A stretch of 64,000 nt of DNA from Crocinitomicaceae bacterium (GTDB lineage: Bacteria > Bacteroidota > Bacteroidia > Flavobacteriales_D > Crocinitomicaceae): the NCBI GenBank assembly GCA_044373675.1, contig JBILPT010000001.1:52807-116806 (forward strand), written 5' to 3'. Position 1 is the stretch's first letter. Every line of letters starts with the position of its first letter. This document shows positions 27,215 through 37,248 of this stretch, piece by piece. The notes under the pieces are model-generated. The model worked only from the letters and a program-made list of their open reading frames with translations. It was not told the origin of the DNA and made no database searches. Both the position numbers and the translations under genes were made by a program.

Positions 27215-27222
27215 CAAAGTTA
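27215..27222 (-). promoter_or_regulatory. -7 promoter box for ispE, 4 nt from the ATG
   Basis: Minus strand reads TAACTTTG-taag-ATG. Confidence 0.4.
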
Positions 27223-27242
27223 AAACAACCGAGCAATTTTCT

Positions 27243-27250
27243 TAAATTTG
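27243..27250 (+). promoter_or_regulatory. -7 promoter box for accA-recG
   Basis: TAAATTTG, 18 nt upstream of the accA ATG. Back-to-back with the ispE box in the 58-nt divergent spacer. Confidence 0.4.
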
Positions 27251-27268
27251 TCTTTTTAATTTATTAAA

Positions 27269-28222
27269 ATGACAACTTACCTAGATTTTGAAGAACCGCT
27301 AAAAGCTTTAGAAGAACAAATAGAACAAACCAAAAAAATTGGTGAAACCACAGATGTGGATATGAGCGATAAAGTATCTGAACTTCAAAGAAAACTAGTA
27401 GCAAAAACAAAGGATATTTTTTCTAAGTTAAGTCCTTGGCAAAGGGTACAACTCTCTCGCCATCCAGATCGCCCCTACACGCTTGCTTATATTAATGCTT
27501 TAACTGACGGTAATTTCATGGAACTTCACGGCGATAGAAATGTGAAAGATGACAAAGCAATGGTTGGTGGCTTTGGATTATTGGACGGGAAAAGTGTGAT
27601 GTTTATTGGACAGCAAAAAGGAATAAATACAAAAATGCGCCAATACCGAAATTTTGGAATGGCAAATCCGGAGGGCTATCGTAAAGCTTTGCGCTTGATG
27701 AAATTAGCAGAAAAATTTAATAAGCCAATTGTTACTTTTATTGATACTCCAGGTGCTTTTCCAGGAATTGAAGCAGAAGAAAGAGGTCAAGGAGAAGCAA
27801 TTGCACGTAATATTTACGAAATGATGCGCTTAAAAGTTCCTGTTATTTGCATAATTATTGGAGAAGGAGCTTCTGGTGGCGCACTTGGAATTGGTGTTGG
27901 CGATAAGGTTGTAATGCTTGAAAATACATGGTATTCTGTTATCTCTCCTGAATCTTGTTCTTCTATTCTATGGCGTTCTTGGGATTTCAAAGAAAAAGCT
28001 GCTGAAGCACTAAAACTTACTTCAGCAGATATGAAATCACATGGCTTAGTAGATGAAGTGATAAAAGAACCTCTCAATGGTGCACACCGCGAACAAGAAA
28101 AAATGTTTTCAATTGTAAAAGAGAAGGTGAAGGAATACATCAAAAAATTAGAAGCCATTAAACCCGACGAAAGAGTTGAACATCGTATTGAGAAGTTCAA
28201 TAAAATGGGCGTTTGGAAATAA
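27269..28222 (+). CDS. accA: Acetyl-CoA carboxylase carboxyltransferase subunit alpha
   Basis: [60 protein letters not shown]. Confidence 0.93.
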   Translation: MTTYLDFEEPLKALEEQIEQTKKIGETTDVDMSDKVSELQRKLVAKTKDIFSKLSPWQRVQLSRHPDRPYTLAYINALTDGNFMELHGDRNVKDDKAMVGGFGLLDGKSVMFIGQQKGINTKMRQYRNFGMANPEGYRKALRLMKLAEKFNKPIVTFIDTPGAFPGIEAEERGQGEAIARNIYEMMRLKVPVICIIIGEGASGGALGIGVGDKVVMLENTWYSVISPESCSSILWRSWDFKEKAAEALKLTSADMKSHGLVDEVIKEPLNGAHREQEKMFSIVKEKVKEYIKKLEAIKPDERVEHRIEKFNKMGVWK

Positions 28223-28240
28223 CCTTTTAAGCAGCGTTAA

Positions 28241-30337
28241 ATGAACCAATTGCTACAAACACCTATTGAGTTTTTAAAAGGTGTTGGGCCTCAGCGTGCT
28301 GAATTGTTACAAAAAGAAATCGGGATTTTTACCTTTAAAGATTTACTTGAATATTATCCATTTCGTTACTTAGATCGATCTTCTTACCATCGGATTTCTG
28401 ATTTGCCTTATGTTGATACATCTGTTCAACTTAGAGGCGTATTAAAAGAGGTAAAAGAAAGTGGTGCCGGGCGCTATAAAAAATTAACAGCGCGCTTTGA
28501 AGATGCTAGCGGAACGATTGATTTAGTTTGGTTCCAGGGTTTTCAATGGATAAAACCAAATTTAAAACTCAATGTAGAATACCAGGTTTTTGGTAAAGCA
28601 AAGTTATATAGCTCAACTTGGAATATCCCACATCCTGAATTAACGCTTTTCTCAGAATTAACAATTCGAACTGGCTTACAAGCAGTTTATTCTAGCACAG
28701 AAAAACTAAGTGCCAGAAACCTTCATTCAAAAGGGATTGAAAAACTAGTTCATGCCTTAATTCCACAAATATCTGGCTTTATCCCAGAAATACTTCCAGA
28801 ATGGATATGCACGCAACACAACCTTATTTCAAGAGAAAAAGCACTGATGGGAATTCATATTCCAAAAAATGAGCAGGAATTTCAACAAGCACGGTTACGT
28901 TTAAAATTTGAAGAATTATTTTTCCTGCAACTTGAAATGCTACTAAGAAAAGAGGTGAGTGCGAAGAAATTAAACGGATTTGTTTTCAAAGAATTGGGAG
29001 AACCTTTTAATATTTTTTATAGCCAACACATGCCTTTTGAACTTACAAATGCGCAAAAAAAGGTTATCAAAGAAATTCGGAAAGACTTTTTAAGTGCAAA
29101 ACACATGAACCGCCTTCTGCAAGGAGATGTTGGAAGTGGAAAAACACTTGTTGCACTCTTAACTATGTTGATAGGAATTGGGAGTGGTTTTCAGTCGGCA
29201 CTAATGGCACCTACAGAAATTCTTGCTGCACAACATTTTGAATCTATTCAACAACTTTTAGCTCCCTTAAATCTTAAAGTTGCACTTCTTACTGGTTCGG
29301 TTAAAAAAGCAGCGCGAAATGTTATTCACGAAGGATTATTAGATGGAAGTATTCAACTCTTAATCGGCACTCATGCCTTGTTGGAAGACACTGTCCAATT
29401 TCAGAATTTAGGACTTGTGGTAATCGATGAACAACACCGATTTGGAGTGGCGCAAAGAGCAAAAATGTGGCGAAAAAATACGGTGCCACCGCATGTGCTC
29501 ATTATGACTGCAACACCAATTCCAAGAACACTAGCAATGACATTTTATGGTGACTTAGAGGTTTCTATAATCGATGAACTTCCCCCGGGAAGAAAACCAA
29601 TTTCTACAATTCATCGCTTTGAAAGTCACCGCATGCGCCTCTTTGGTTTCATGAAAGAGCAAATTGCCTTGGGAAGGCAGATTTATGTTGTATATCCACT
29701 TATTAAAGAATCTGAAACCCTAGATTTTCATAATCTAATGGATGGATTTGAGGCAGTATCTCAGTCTTTTCCAATGCCAGAATATCAAGTTAGTATTGTC
29801 CATGGAAAAATGCGCCCTGAAGATAAAGAATTTGAAATGCAGCGTTTTGTGAAAGGTGAAACTCAAATAATGGTCGCAACAACAGTTATTGAAGTTGGAG
29901 TAAATGTCCCAAATGCCTCCGTAATGGTAATTGAAAGTGCGGAAAGATTTGGTTTATCTCAATTGCACCAATTGCGCGGACGTGTAGGTCGAGGCGCTGA
30001 AAAATCATACTGCATTCTAATGACCGGTGAAAAACTTTCAAAAGAAGGTTTAAAAAGAATGGAAACAATGGTACAAACAAATGATGGATTCATAATTTCT
30101 GAAGTGGATTTACAACTGCGGGGTCCTGGCGATCTTATGGGAACGCAACAAAGTGGCGTTTTGGATTTGAAAATTGCAGACTTAGCAAGAGATGGACAAA
30201 TAGTAACAATCGCTAGAGATGCAGCCAGAAATTTAATTCAAGAAGACGCTGATTTTAGCATGCCAAAACACCAAAAATTAAAAGAAAGTGTTCAGGAAAT
30301 TTTACGCAAAAAGCCCAATTGGGGTCGAATTGCCTAA
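28241..30337 (+). CDS. recG: ATP-dependent DNA helicase RecG
   Basis: N-terminal PIEFLKGVGPQRAELL wedge region, Walker A GDVGSGKT, DEQHRFG, QLHQLRGRVGRG. Confidence 0.93.
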   Translation: MNQLLQTPIEFLKGVGPQRAELLQKEIGIFTFKDLLEYYPFRYLDRSSYHRISDLPYVDTSVQLRGVLKEVKESGAGRYKKLTARFEDASGTIDLVWFQGFQWIKPNLKLNVEYQVFGKAKLYSSTWNIPHPELTLFSELTIRTGLQAVYSSTEKLSARNLHSKGIEKLVHALIPQISGFIPEILPEWICTQHNLISREKALMGIHIPKNEQEFQQARLRLKFEELFFLQLEMLLRKEVSAKKLNGFVFKELGEPFNIFYSQHMPFELTNAQKKVIKEIRKDFLSAKHMNRLLQGDVGSGKTLVALLTMLIGIGSGFQSALMAPTEILAAQHFESIQQLLAPLNLKVALLTGSVKKAARNVIHEGLLDGSIQLLIGTHALLEDTVQFQNLGLVVIDEQHRFGVAQRAKMWRKNTVPPHVLIMTATPIPRTLAMTFYGDLEVSIIDELPPGRKPISTIHRFESHRMRLFGFMKEQIALGRQIYVVYPLIKESETLDFHNLMDGFEAVSQSFPMPEYQVSIVHGKMRPEDKEFEMQRFVKGETQIMVATTVIEVGVNVPNASVMVIESAERFGLSQLHQLRGRVGRGAEKSYCILMTGEKLSKEGLKRMETMVQTNDGFIISEVDLQLRGPGDLMGTQQSGVLDLKIADLARDGQIVTIARDAARNLIQEDADFSMPKHQKLKESVQEILRKKPNWGRIA

Positions 30338-30344
30338 GAAAAAT

Positions 30345-31484
30345 TTATTTTAATATTCCACGAGAAATAACAATTTTTTGAACTTCAGAAGTTCCTTCGT
30401 AAATCTGTGTAATTTTTGCATCTCGCATCATTCTCTCAACGTGATATTCTTTTACAAATCCATAACCACCATGAATTTGTACCGCTTCAACCGTTTGTTC
30501 CATCGCAACTTTTGAGGCATATAATTTTGCCATTGCACTGGATTGATCGTAATTTCTCCCTGCATCTTTATCCAAGGCAGAACTGTAAACTAAAAGTCGA
30601 GCTGCCTCAATTTCCGTTGCCATATCTGCCAATTTAAATGCAATTGCTTGATGTTTGTAGATTTCTTTGCCAAAAGCTTTTCGCTGCTTAGAATAAGCTA
30701 ATGCTAACTCAAAAGCGCCACCAGCAATTCCCAAAGCTTGTGCAGCAATTCCAATTCGACCACCAGCAAGAACCTTCATTGCAAAAGTAAATCCAAATCC
30801 GTCCTCCCCTATTCTATTTTCTTTTGGAACCTTCACATCATTAAACATCAAAGTATGTGTGTCGCTTCCACGAATTCCCAATTTATCTTCTTTTGCGCCA
30901 ACAATAAATCCTTCCATCCCGCGCTCAATAATTAAGGCATTAATTCCTTTATGTCCCAATTCTTTGTGCGTCTGTGCGATTACAATATAGGTAGATGCTG
31001 TGCCACCATTTGTAATCCAATTTTTGACGCCATTCAATAGATAATAGTCGCCCATGTCAATCGCTGTAGTTTGTTGCGATGTTGCATCGGAACCTGCTTC
31101 TGGCTCTGATAAACAAAATGCACCAATTTTCTCGCCTTTTGCAAGAGGAACTAAAAAATGTTGTTTTTGAGCTTCTGTGCCAAATTTCTCTAAACCCCAA
31201 GCTACCAAGGAATTATTTACAGACATACAAACAGAAGCAGAAGCATCAACCTTAGAAATTTCTTCAATTGCTAAAACATATGAAATCGTGTCCATACCAC
31301 TTCCACCGTATTTTGGATCGATCATCATGCCCATAAAACCAAGTTCTCCCAAAAGTTTCATCTCCTCTGCTGGAAATTTTTGAAGGTTATCGCGTTCAAT
31401 TACGCCAGGTTTTAATACATTTTGAGCGAAATCGCGTGCTGCTTCTTTAACTGCGATGTGTTCTTCTGATAATTCAAAATTCAT
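30345..31484 (-). CDS. Acyl-CoA dehydrogenase (short/medium-chain type)
   Basis: Full-length ACAD pattern: GAFCLSEPEAGSDA, WITNGG, QIHGGYGF..EY.VER..RDAKITQIYEGTSE.Q. Confidence 0.9.
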   Translation of the reverse strand: MNFELSEEHIAVKEAARDFAQNVLKPGVIERDNLQKFPAEEMKLLGELGFMGMMIDPKYGGSGMDTISYVLAIEEISKVDASASVCMSVNNSLVAWGLEKFGTEAQKQHFLVPLAKGEKIGAFCLSEPEAGSDATSQQTTAIDMGDYYLLNGVKNWITNGGTASTYIVIAQTHKELGHKGINALIIERGMEGFIVGAKEDKLGIRGSDTHTLMFNDVKVPKENRIGEDGFGFTFAMKVLAGGRIGIAAQALGIAGGAFELALAYSKQRKAFGKEIYKHQAIAFKLADMATEIEAARLLVYSSALDKDAGRNYDQSSAMAKLYASKVAMEQTVEAVQIHGGYGFVKEYHVERMMRDAKITQIYEGTSEVQKIVISRGILK

Positions 31485-31501
31485 TGTTGGAATATTTCAT
31501 T

Positions 31502-31509
31502 TAATTTTG
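31502..31509 (+). promoter_or_regulatory. -7 promoter box for anmK
   Basis: TAATTTTG, 36 nt upstream of the ATG. Confidence 0.35.
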
Positions 31510-31545
31510 ACAAAAATAAGGCAAATCTTTTTTACATAGTTCTAC

Positions 31546-32616
31546 ATGTTAAAGAATATTGAAATAATTGGTTTAATGTCTGGAACTTCTCTCGATGGTT
31601 TGGATATCGCTCATGTTGCATTTGATTTTTCTGCAAAGCTTCCAACATTTGAATTACTGCATTCTGAAACTCTTCCATATTCTGATGAAATTCTTGCAAA
31701 ATTAAACGTAGCAAAGACATTTTCAGTTCCTGAAATGCTGATTTTAGACAAAGAAATTGGACGATTTTATGCACTAAAAGTAGTAGATTTCATAAAAAAA
31801 TATAAAATTGATTCCAAAATAATTGCTGCAATTGCTAGCCATGGGCAAACTATATTTCACCAACCTGAAAATGGATTTACGCAGCAAATTGGTTGTGGAT
31901 CAACTTTAGCTTTTCTCACTGGAATTCCTGTAATAAATGATTTTCGTAGCTTGGATGTTATTGCTGGTGGACAAGGAGCGCCCTTGGTTCCAATTGGCGA
32001 CTTTTTACTGTTTTCGGATGAAGCGGATGCTTTTTTAAACATTGGGGGTTTTGTAAATATTAGTTTTAAAAAAGGTGATGAAATTACAGCTTTTGATATC
32101 TGTCCTGGAAATTTACCCTTGAATAAATTTGCAGAGACACTAGGTTTAAAATATGATAAAAACGGTGAAATTGCTAAAAATGGACAATTAGACGACAGCT
32201 TACTCAAAAAATTAAATAACATTAATTATTATTCTTTGGCAGCTCCAAAATCTCTTGGAACAGAATGGTTGGAAAAACAATTTTTTCCATTAATTCCTAA
32301 AGAGCTAAGTCCTGAAAAAAAATTAAGAAACATTACAGAACATATCGCTATTCAAATATCAGAAGTTCTTAACGACCAACAACTCAATTCTGTATTTTTA
32401 ACAGGAGGAGGCGCTCACAATAATTTCCTAATAGAATGCCTTAAACAGTATTTTTCTGGAAATGTAATTATTCCCAAAGAAGAAGTAATAGATTTCAAAG
32501 AAGCAATCGTTTTTGCATTTTTAGGTGCACGTTATTTACGCAATGAGGAGACAACTATCTCAAGTGTTACAGGAGCTAAATTATCGCTTTGTACAGGTGT
32601 ATATCATAGAATTTAA
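31546..32616 (+). CDS. anmK: Anhydro-N-acetylmuramic acid kinase
   Basis: GLMSGTSLDGLDIA N-terminus, NDFRS.D...GGQGAPLVP, TGGGAHN. Confidence 0.88.
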   Translation: MLKNIEIIGLMSGTSLDGLDIAHVAFDFSAKLPTFELLHSETLPYSDEILAKLNVAKTFSVPEMLILDKEIGRFYALKVVDFIKKYKIDSKIIAAIASHGQTIFHQPENGFTQQIGCGSTLAFLTGIPVINDFRSLDVIAGGQGAPLVPIGDFLLFSDEADAFLNIGGFVNISFKKGDEITAFDICPGNLPLNKFAETLGLKYDKNGEIAKNGQLDDSLLKKLNNINYYSLAAPKSLGTEWLEKQFFPLIPKELSPEKKLRNITEHIAIQISEVLNDQQLNSVFLTGGGAHNNFLIECLKQYFSGNVIIPKEEVIDFKEAIVFAFLGARYLRNEETTISSVTGAKLSLCTGVYHRI

Positions 32617-32753
32617 GCAGCTAATATCTGCCACTTTATTCACAATTAACTTGTTCGTAACTATCAATAAAAAACAAATTCACAAAAAGACAATTTGTGT
32701 AACTTCGCTTCGCATTTTTGTTGTTGAAAACAAGCCTATTAATTAATTTACAA

Positions 32754-34106
32754 ATGGAAATTTATCTCATCGCTTTTTTTATTCTTGGATACGTAGCAAT
32801 AACAATGGAGCATTCTCTAAAATTAGATAAATTAATCCCTGCACTTTTAATGATGGTTGCCTGTTGGACAGTCATAGCAATTAATGTCGATAATATAACA
32901 TACTGGATTGATGCAGAAGGAATAGTAAAGGAATTTACAGGAGGAAATTATTTGGGAATTGAACATGTAAATAAAACACTACTCCATCATTTTGGGAAAA
33001 CTGTAGAAATATTAGTGATTATGATGGGGGCAATGGCGATTGTTGAAATGATAGATTACTTTGATGGTTTTTCTTCCATTAAAGACCTTATAAAATCTCG
33101 TAAAAAAACCACTATTCTTTGGATTGTTTCAATAATAGCATTCTTGCTATCATCTATTATTTACAACATGTTGGCTACAATTGTATTGATAACTGTTTTG
33201 AGAAAAATTATAAGTAATAAAGAAGATCGTATGTGGTATTCTGGATTCATAATAATTGCTGCAAATGCTGGTGGATGTTGGACTCCCGTTGGTGATATTA
33301 CAACTACAATGCTATGGTCTGCGCACCAAGTTTTTACAGGAGATTTGATGTTGAAGGTTGTTGTCCCATCCTTAATTTGTATGTTGCTTCCACTTATCGC
33401 TGCTTTATTTATGCCAGTATTTAGAGGGGAAATTGAACTTGTTGACGAAGAAAAAGTTAGAACGAAAAAAGTTAACCCAAATTCTAAGTTTATGCTCTAT
33501 TTTGGTTTAATTCTAATCATCTTTGTGCCTATTTTTGAAACTATAACACATCTTCCTCCCTACATGGGAATGATGGGTGCTTTAGCTTTATTTTCAGTAA
33601 CTGCAGAAAGTTTAGTTAATACTAAAAAAGGCATTAAAAGAATTATATCTGAAGTGGGTGTATTGCATCAAGGACCTACAATGAAAGCATTAAGTAAAGT
33701 GGAAATGCCTTCTTTTTTATTTTTCTTAGGAATTTTAATGACTGTTGCAGCACTTCAATCAACAGGAATGATTTATAATTTAGGGGAATTTGCTAGAAAC
33801 TCTGAGATTTCTAAAGATATCATTGTTATCTCTTTAGGGCTTATATCGGCCATTATTGATAATGTTCCATTAGTTGCTGCATCCTTTGGTATGTTTAATG
33901 ACTTACCTGGAACTGATGTTTGGTATTTTATTGCTTATGCTGCTGGAACGGGAGGTTCTATTCTTATTATTGGCTCGGCTGCAGGAGTTGTTGCAATGGG
34001 AATGGAAAAAATTTCTTTCTTCTGGTACTTTAAAAATATTGCTTTACTTGCTGCCTTAGGATATTTTGGTGGAATTGCTTTTTTTATTTTATTTCGTAAC
34101 TTCTAA
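32754..34106 (+). CDS. nhaD: Na+/H+ antiporter, NhaD-like (ArsB/NhaD permease superfamily)
   Basis: About 12 TM segments. SAIIDNVPLVAA and AAGTGGS.L.IGSAAG motifs. I prefer the ATG at 32754 (MEIYLIAFF...) over the TTG at 32718. Confidence 0.75.
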   Translation: MEIYLIAFFILGYVAITMEHSLKLDKLIPALLMMVACWTVIAINVDNITYWIDAEGIVKEFTGGNYLGIEHVNKTLLHHFGKTVEILVIMMGAMAIVEMIDYFDGFSSIKDLIKSRKKTTILWIVSIIAFLLSSIIYNMLATIVLITVLRKIISNKEDRMWYSGFIIIAANAGGCWTPVGDITTTMLWSAHQVFTGDLMLKVVVPSLICMLLPLIAALFMPVFRGEIELVDEEKVRTKKVNPNSKFMLYFGLILIIFVPIFETITHLPPYMGMMGALALFSVTAESLVNTKKGIKRIISEVGVLHQGPTMKALSKVEMPSFLFFLGILMTVAALQSTGMIYNLGEFARNSEISKDIIVISLGLISAIIDNVPLVAASFGMFNDLPGTDVWYFIAYAAGTGGSILIIGSAAGVVAMGMEKISFFWYFKNIALLAALGYFGGIAFFILFRNF

Positions 34107-34127
34107 TCACTTAAACGTTAAAACAAA

Positions 34128-34835
34128 ATGAACTTATTCTTTTTTCTACAATCCAATCCAGGACTTACTACAGGTAATGAAACAACAACTGGTGTAAAAA
34201 ATGTTCCCATTTGGGATATTATTGATCAGTCTAACGGTGGAATTGGCTGGCTTATTAATTTAATCCTTTTAATCATGTTAGGCTATACCGTTTTTGTTTT
34301 TGTAGAGCGCTTTTTGGCACTTAGAAAAGCAACAAAAGAAGATGTAGGATTGCTTAACAACATCAAAACTCATTTGGCCAATGATAACATTCAAGGGGCA
34401 AAAGATGCATGTGAGGCCTCAGATTCTCCAATTTCTATCATGCTTGCCAAAGGAATTTCACGAATAGGCTCTGCTAAAAACGAAAGTATTGCTGCAACGA
34501 TTGAAAATACTGGAAAGTTTGAAATTCTTCGCTTAGAACAACGCCTAAACTTCTTGGCAACTGCAGCTGGTGCAGCACCAATGATTGGTTTCCTAGGGAC
34601 AACAATAGGAATGGTAGTTGTATTTATTGATTTACAAAATTCTAGTGCCCTTGAGCTGAAAACAATTGCTCCAGGAATTATGACAGCAATGGTAACTACT
34701 GTAGGTGGATTAATTGTAGGTATTCTCGCATTTATGGGCTACAACTTCTTAGTAGGTCAAATAGGAAAAGTTGTTTATCAAATGGAAAATGCTGCACTTG
34801 AATTCATGGATATGTTGAATTCTCCAAAAAAATAA
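34128..34835 (+). CDS. exbB: MotA/TolQ/ExbB proton-channel protein
   Basis: Three TM helices and the conserved LATAAGAAPMIGFLGTTIGM / GIMTAMVTTVGGL region. Confidence 0.85.
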   Translation: MNLFFFLQSNPGLTTGNETTTGVKNVPIWDIIDQSNGGIGWLINLILLIMLGYTVFVFVERFLALRKATKEDVGLLNNIKTHLANDNIQGAKDACEASDSPISIMLAKGISRIGSAKNESIAATIENTGKFEILRLEQRLNFLATAAGAAPMIGFLGTTIGMVVVFIDLQNSSALELKTIAPGIMTAMVTTVGGLIVGILAFMGYNFLVGQIGKVVYQMENAALEFMDMLNSPKK

Positions 34836-34839
34836 AACA

Positions 34840-35250
34840 ATGGATCTTCGCCCTAGAAATAAAGTCAAAGTAGAAGGTGGAATGGCGTCTATGACGGACC
34901 TCGTCTTCTTGTTGCTGATATTCTTCATTATCATGAGCTTAATGGCAAATAACCAAACTCCGATTGATTTACCTAAACCTGAAGAAAACCTCCCTACTGT
35001 TCAAGATCCAGTTGAGGCTATGGTTGTTATTACAGAAGATAATCGCTATGTAGTAATGCCCGGAGGAGACATGAGTAATCCAATGGATTTTGACGAAATT
35101 AAAGAAATTACAGGTGCCGCTGTAGCAAAGTCACAAAAATTAAAACTTAAAGTTGCTGGACACCGGAAAGCAAGTTATGAGGCAATTTTTAATGTTTTAG
35201 CCCTAGCACAAGCAAATGGTTGGGACCCTGTTTTAGCCTATGATAAATAA
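34840..35250 (+). CDS. exbD: Biopolymer transport protein ExbD/TolR
   Basis: MTDLVFLLLIFFI single TM with the conserved Asp, periplasmic domain, position after exbB. Confidence 0.85.
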   Translation: MDLRPRNKVKVEGGMASMTDLVFLLLIFFIIMSLMANNQTPIDLPKPEENLPTVQDPVEAMVVITEDNRYVVMPGGDMSNPMDFDEIKEITGAAVAKSQKLKLKVAGHRKASYEAIFNVLALAQANGWDPVLAYDK

Positions 35251-36003
35251 ATGCCTGAAAAAACTAACATATCAAGCCCTCAAGTAGCAGATCCAAAAGA
35301 TGTAAAAGCTGGATTAGTTAGCGCAGTTGCGTCAATTATTTTATTGATGATCTTACTCTTTCTTATTACATACCAAATTGCCGACCCACCAGCTCAAGAT
35401 GTTGTTGTAAGAGCAGAAGCTGATATAGATGAAATACTACTGAAAGATTTAAAACTTGAAAGCGGCAGTATTGGCGGTGGTTCGCCATCTAATGACAGAG
35501 TTGATAAACCAAAGGAACAAATACAAGAAATTATTACTGGAAAATCAAAACGAAGTTCTGATAAATCAGGGAAATCAAATAAAACAAATGGTAATGATGC
35601 CAATAATGAAGCATCTACAACAGTGCAAAGTCAAGATCCTTTTGGTTCTGGAGGATCTGGCGGTAAAAATGGAGCTGGAAATGGGCCATTTAGTGGGCCG
35701 GGAAATAGTGATGACGGAGATGGTGGTCTTGGAAAAGGAAATGGAGAAAGTCGCTTAAGGATAAGTAATGCCAATCTTCCGCAATACGATATTGATTACG
35801 AAAGTAATATTCACTTGCAATTAACGGTTAATGCGAATGGAGAGGTCGTAGCTGCAAAAAGTATAAAATCTAAAACAACCTGCTCAGATCAGCGTATTAT
35901 TAACCAAGTTATTAATGAAGTAATGCGACAGGTAAAATACAAAAAAGAAAATGGTGCTGGCTTAGTTTATACCTTTTATACTGTAAAAATCCTTGCTAAA
36001 TAA
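35251..36003 (+). CDS. TonB-like energy-transduction protein with Gly/Ser/Asn-rich linker
   Basis: N-terminal TM, long low-complexity linker, short C-terminal domain (LQLTVNANGEVVAAKSI). Third gene of the exbB-exbD cluster with no gap. Confidence 0.55.
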   Translation: MPEKTNISSPQVADPKDVKAGLVSAVASIILLMILLFLITYQIADPPAQDVVVRAEADIDEILLKDLKLESGSIGGGSPSNDRVDKPKEQIQEIITGKSKRSSDKSGKSNKTNGNDANNEASTTVQSQDPFGSGGSGGKNGAGNGPFSGPGNSDDGDGGLGKGNGESRLRISNANLPQYDIDYESNIHLQLTVNANGEVVAAKSIKSKTTCSDQRIINQVINEVMRQVKYKKENGAGLVYTFYTVKILAK

Positions 36004-37219
36004 GTACGAAAAAAGCATTGAATGGTTATTTAAGCAATTTCCATCATTTCAAAATTTGGGGGCTGAAGCTTATAAACCAGGTTTATCAAATGTGATTTCC
36101 CTTCTAAACTCCTTTGATAATCCACAAGATAAATTACAATTTATACATATTGCTGGTACAAATGGTAAAGGATCTACAGCTTCTTATACAGCATCTATAC
36201 TGACAGAATTAAAAGAAAAAGTTGGGCTTTTTACTTCTCCACATATTTTTGATTTCCGTGAGCGAATTCGAGTAAATGGAAAAAAAATAACAGAAGCTGA
36301 AGTGATTTCTTTTTGCACAAAAATTAAAGCATTAAAACTAGACTTTGAACCTTCTTTTTTTGAGATAACTTTTGTGCTTTCTTTAGTTCATTTTCAAGCT
36401 AAAAATTGTAGTATTTGTGTTATCGAAACTGGTTTAGGTGGGCGTTTAGATGCAACAAATTGCATACTTCCGAAAATTAGTATTATAACTAATATTGGCA
36501 TGGATCACATGAAATTTTTAGGGAATACATTAAAAGAAATAGCACTTGAAAAAGCTGGCATTATCAAAGAAAATACAACGGTCGTAATCGGAAAAACTCA
36601 GATCGAGATCAAAGAATTATTTACTGATATTGCAAAAGAAAAAAAAGCAAAAATTTTCTTTGCCGATGAAAACAAAAATAATACAATAGAACTTTATCCA
36701 GCCTACCAAATTGAAAATTTACAAACTGCACTCAAAAGCTTGGAGCTAATCTCCTACTCCATTTCACAAAAAATAATTCAAAAAAGTATTGATAAGCTCC
36801 AAAAAAATACGGGGCTCTTTGCACGAATGACACACATAAATAGAAATCCTGATATTATTCTAGATGTGTCACACAACGAAGACGGAATAAAAGCAACTCT
36901 AAATGCACTTATCTTAAAGCCAAAAGGGAAATTGCTTGTTCTGCTCGGCTCTTCTAATGACAAAGATATCAACCTGCACTTGAACTTATTTCCAGATAAA
37001 GCAACTATCTATTTATGTGCATTTAATAATGAACGAAGTCGAAAATTTGAAGAATATCAAAATTTAAAAACCCGAAATCCAAAAATAATAGAAGTGTTTA
37101 CGGATATTAATATAGCCATGTCCAAGCTGAAGAAATTGCTTTCCAAGGAAGATACACTTCTGGTAATTGGGAGTTTCTTTCTGATTGCAGATTACGAAGC
37201 CGATAACAATCCTTCTTAA
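35993..37219 (+). CDS. folC: Bifunctional folylpolyglutamate synthase / dihydrofolate synthase
   Basis: Mur-ligase P-loop HIAGTNGKGST, ETGLGGRLDATN, DVSHNEDG. Probable TTG start overlapping the preceding gene by 11 nt. Confidence 0.88.
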   Translation: MLNKYEKSIEWLFKQFPSFQNLGAEAYKPGLSNVISLLNSFDNPQDKLQFIHIAGTNGKGSTASYTASILTELKEKVGLFTSPHIFDFRERIRVNGKKITEAEVISFCTKIKALKLDFEPSFFEITFVLSLVHFQAKNCSICVIETGLGGRLDATNCILPKISIITNIGMDHMKFLGNTLKEIALEKAGIIKENTTVVIGKTQIEIKELFTDIAKEKKAKIFFADENKNNTIELYPAYQIENLQTALKSLELISYSISQKIIQKSIDKLQKNTGLFARMTHINRNPDIILDVSHNEDGIKATLNALILKPKGKLLVLLGSSNDKDINLHLNLFPDKATIYLCAFNNERSRKFEEYQNLKTRNPKIIEVFTDINIAMSKLKKLLSKEDTLLVIGSFFLIADYEADNNPS

Positions 37220-37235
37220 TATATAAAAAATTATT

Positions 37236-37243
37236 TATCTTTG
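37236..37243 (+). promoter_or_regulatory. -7 promoter box for pyrR-pyrB, 5 nt from the ATG
   Basis: TATCTTTG-tgcta-ATG. Confidence 0.4.
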
Positions 37244-37248
37244 TGCTA

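Noticed and set aside
27814-28200. 128-aa minus-strand ORF inside accA. Similar antisense ORFs at 26868..27245 (ispE), 24993..25346 (YceI), 8507..8872 (priA), 31857..32222 (anmK), 54050..54397 (porU) and 15176..15466.
   Set aside because: All are embedded antisense in genes with strong family motifs. There are no signal or family features and no independent promoter boxes.
35456-35758. 100-aa overlapping ORF and Gly/Ser/Asn-rich low-complexity segment within the TonB-like gene.
   Set aside because: The alternative frame is an artefact of the repetitive GGN/AAT-rich coding. The low-complexity linker plays the role of the usual Pro-rich TonB spacer.
37220-37248. Looked for a PyrR-binding attenuator hairpin (Bacillus-type) upstream of pyrR-pyrB.
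   Set aside because: Only 29 nt separate the folC stop and the pyrR ATG, and they are occupied by a -7 box. There is no room for an anti-terminator/terminator structure, and I did not spot a PyrR-box-like sequence.
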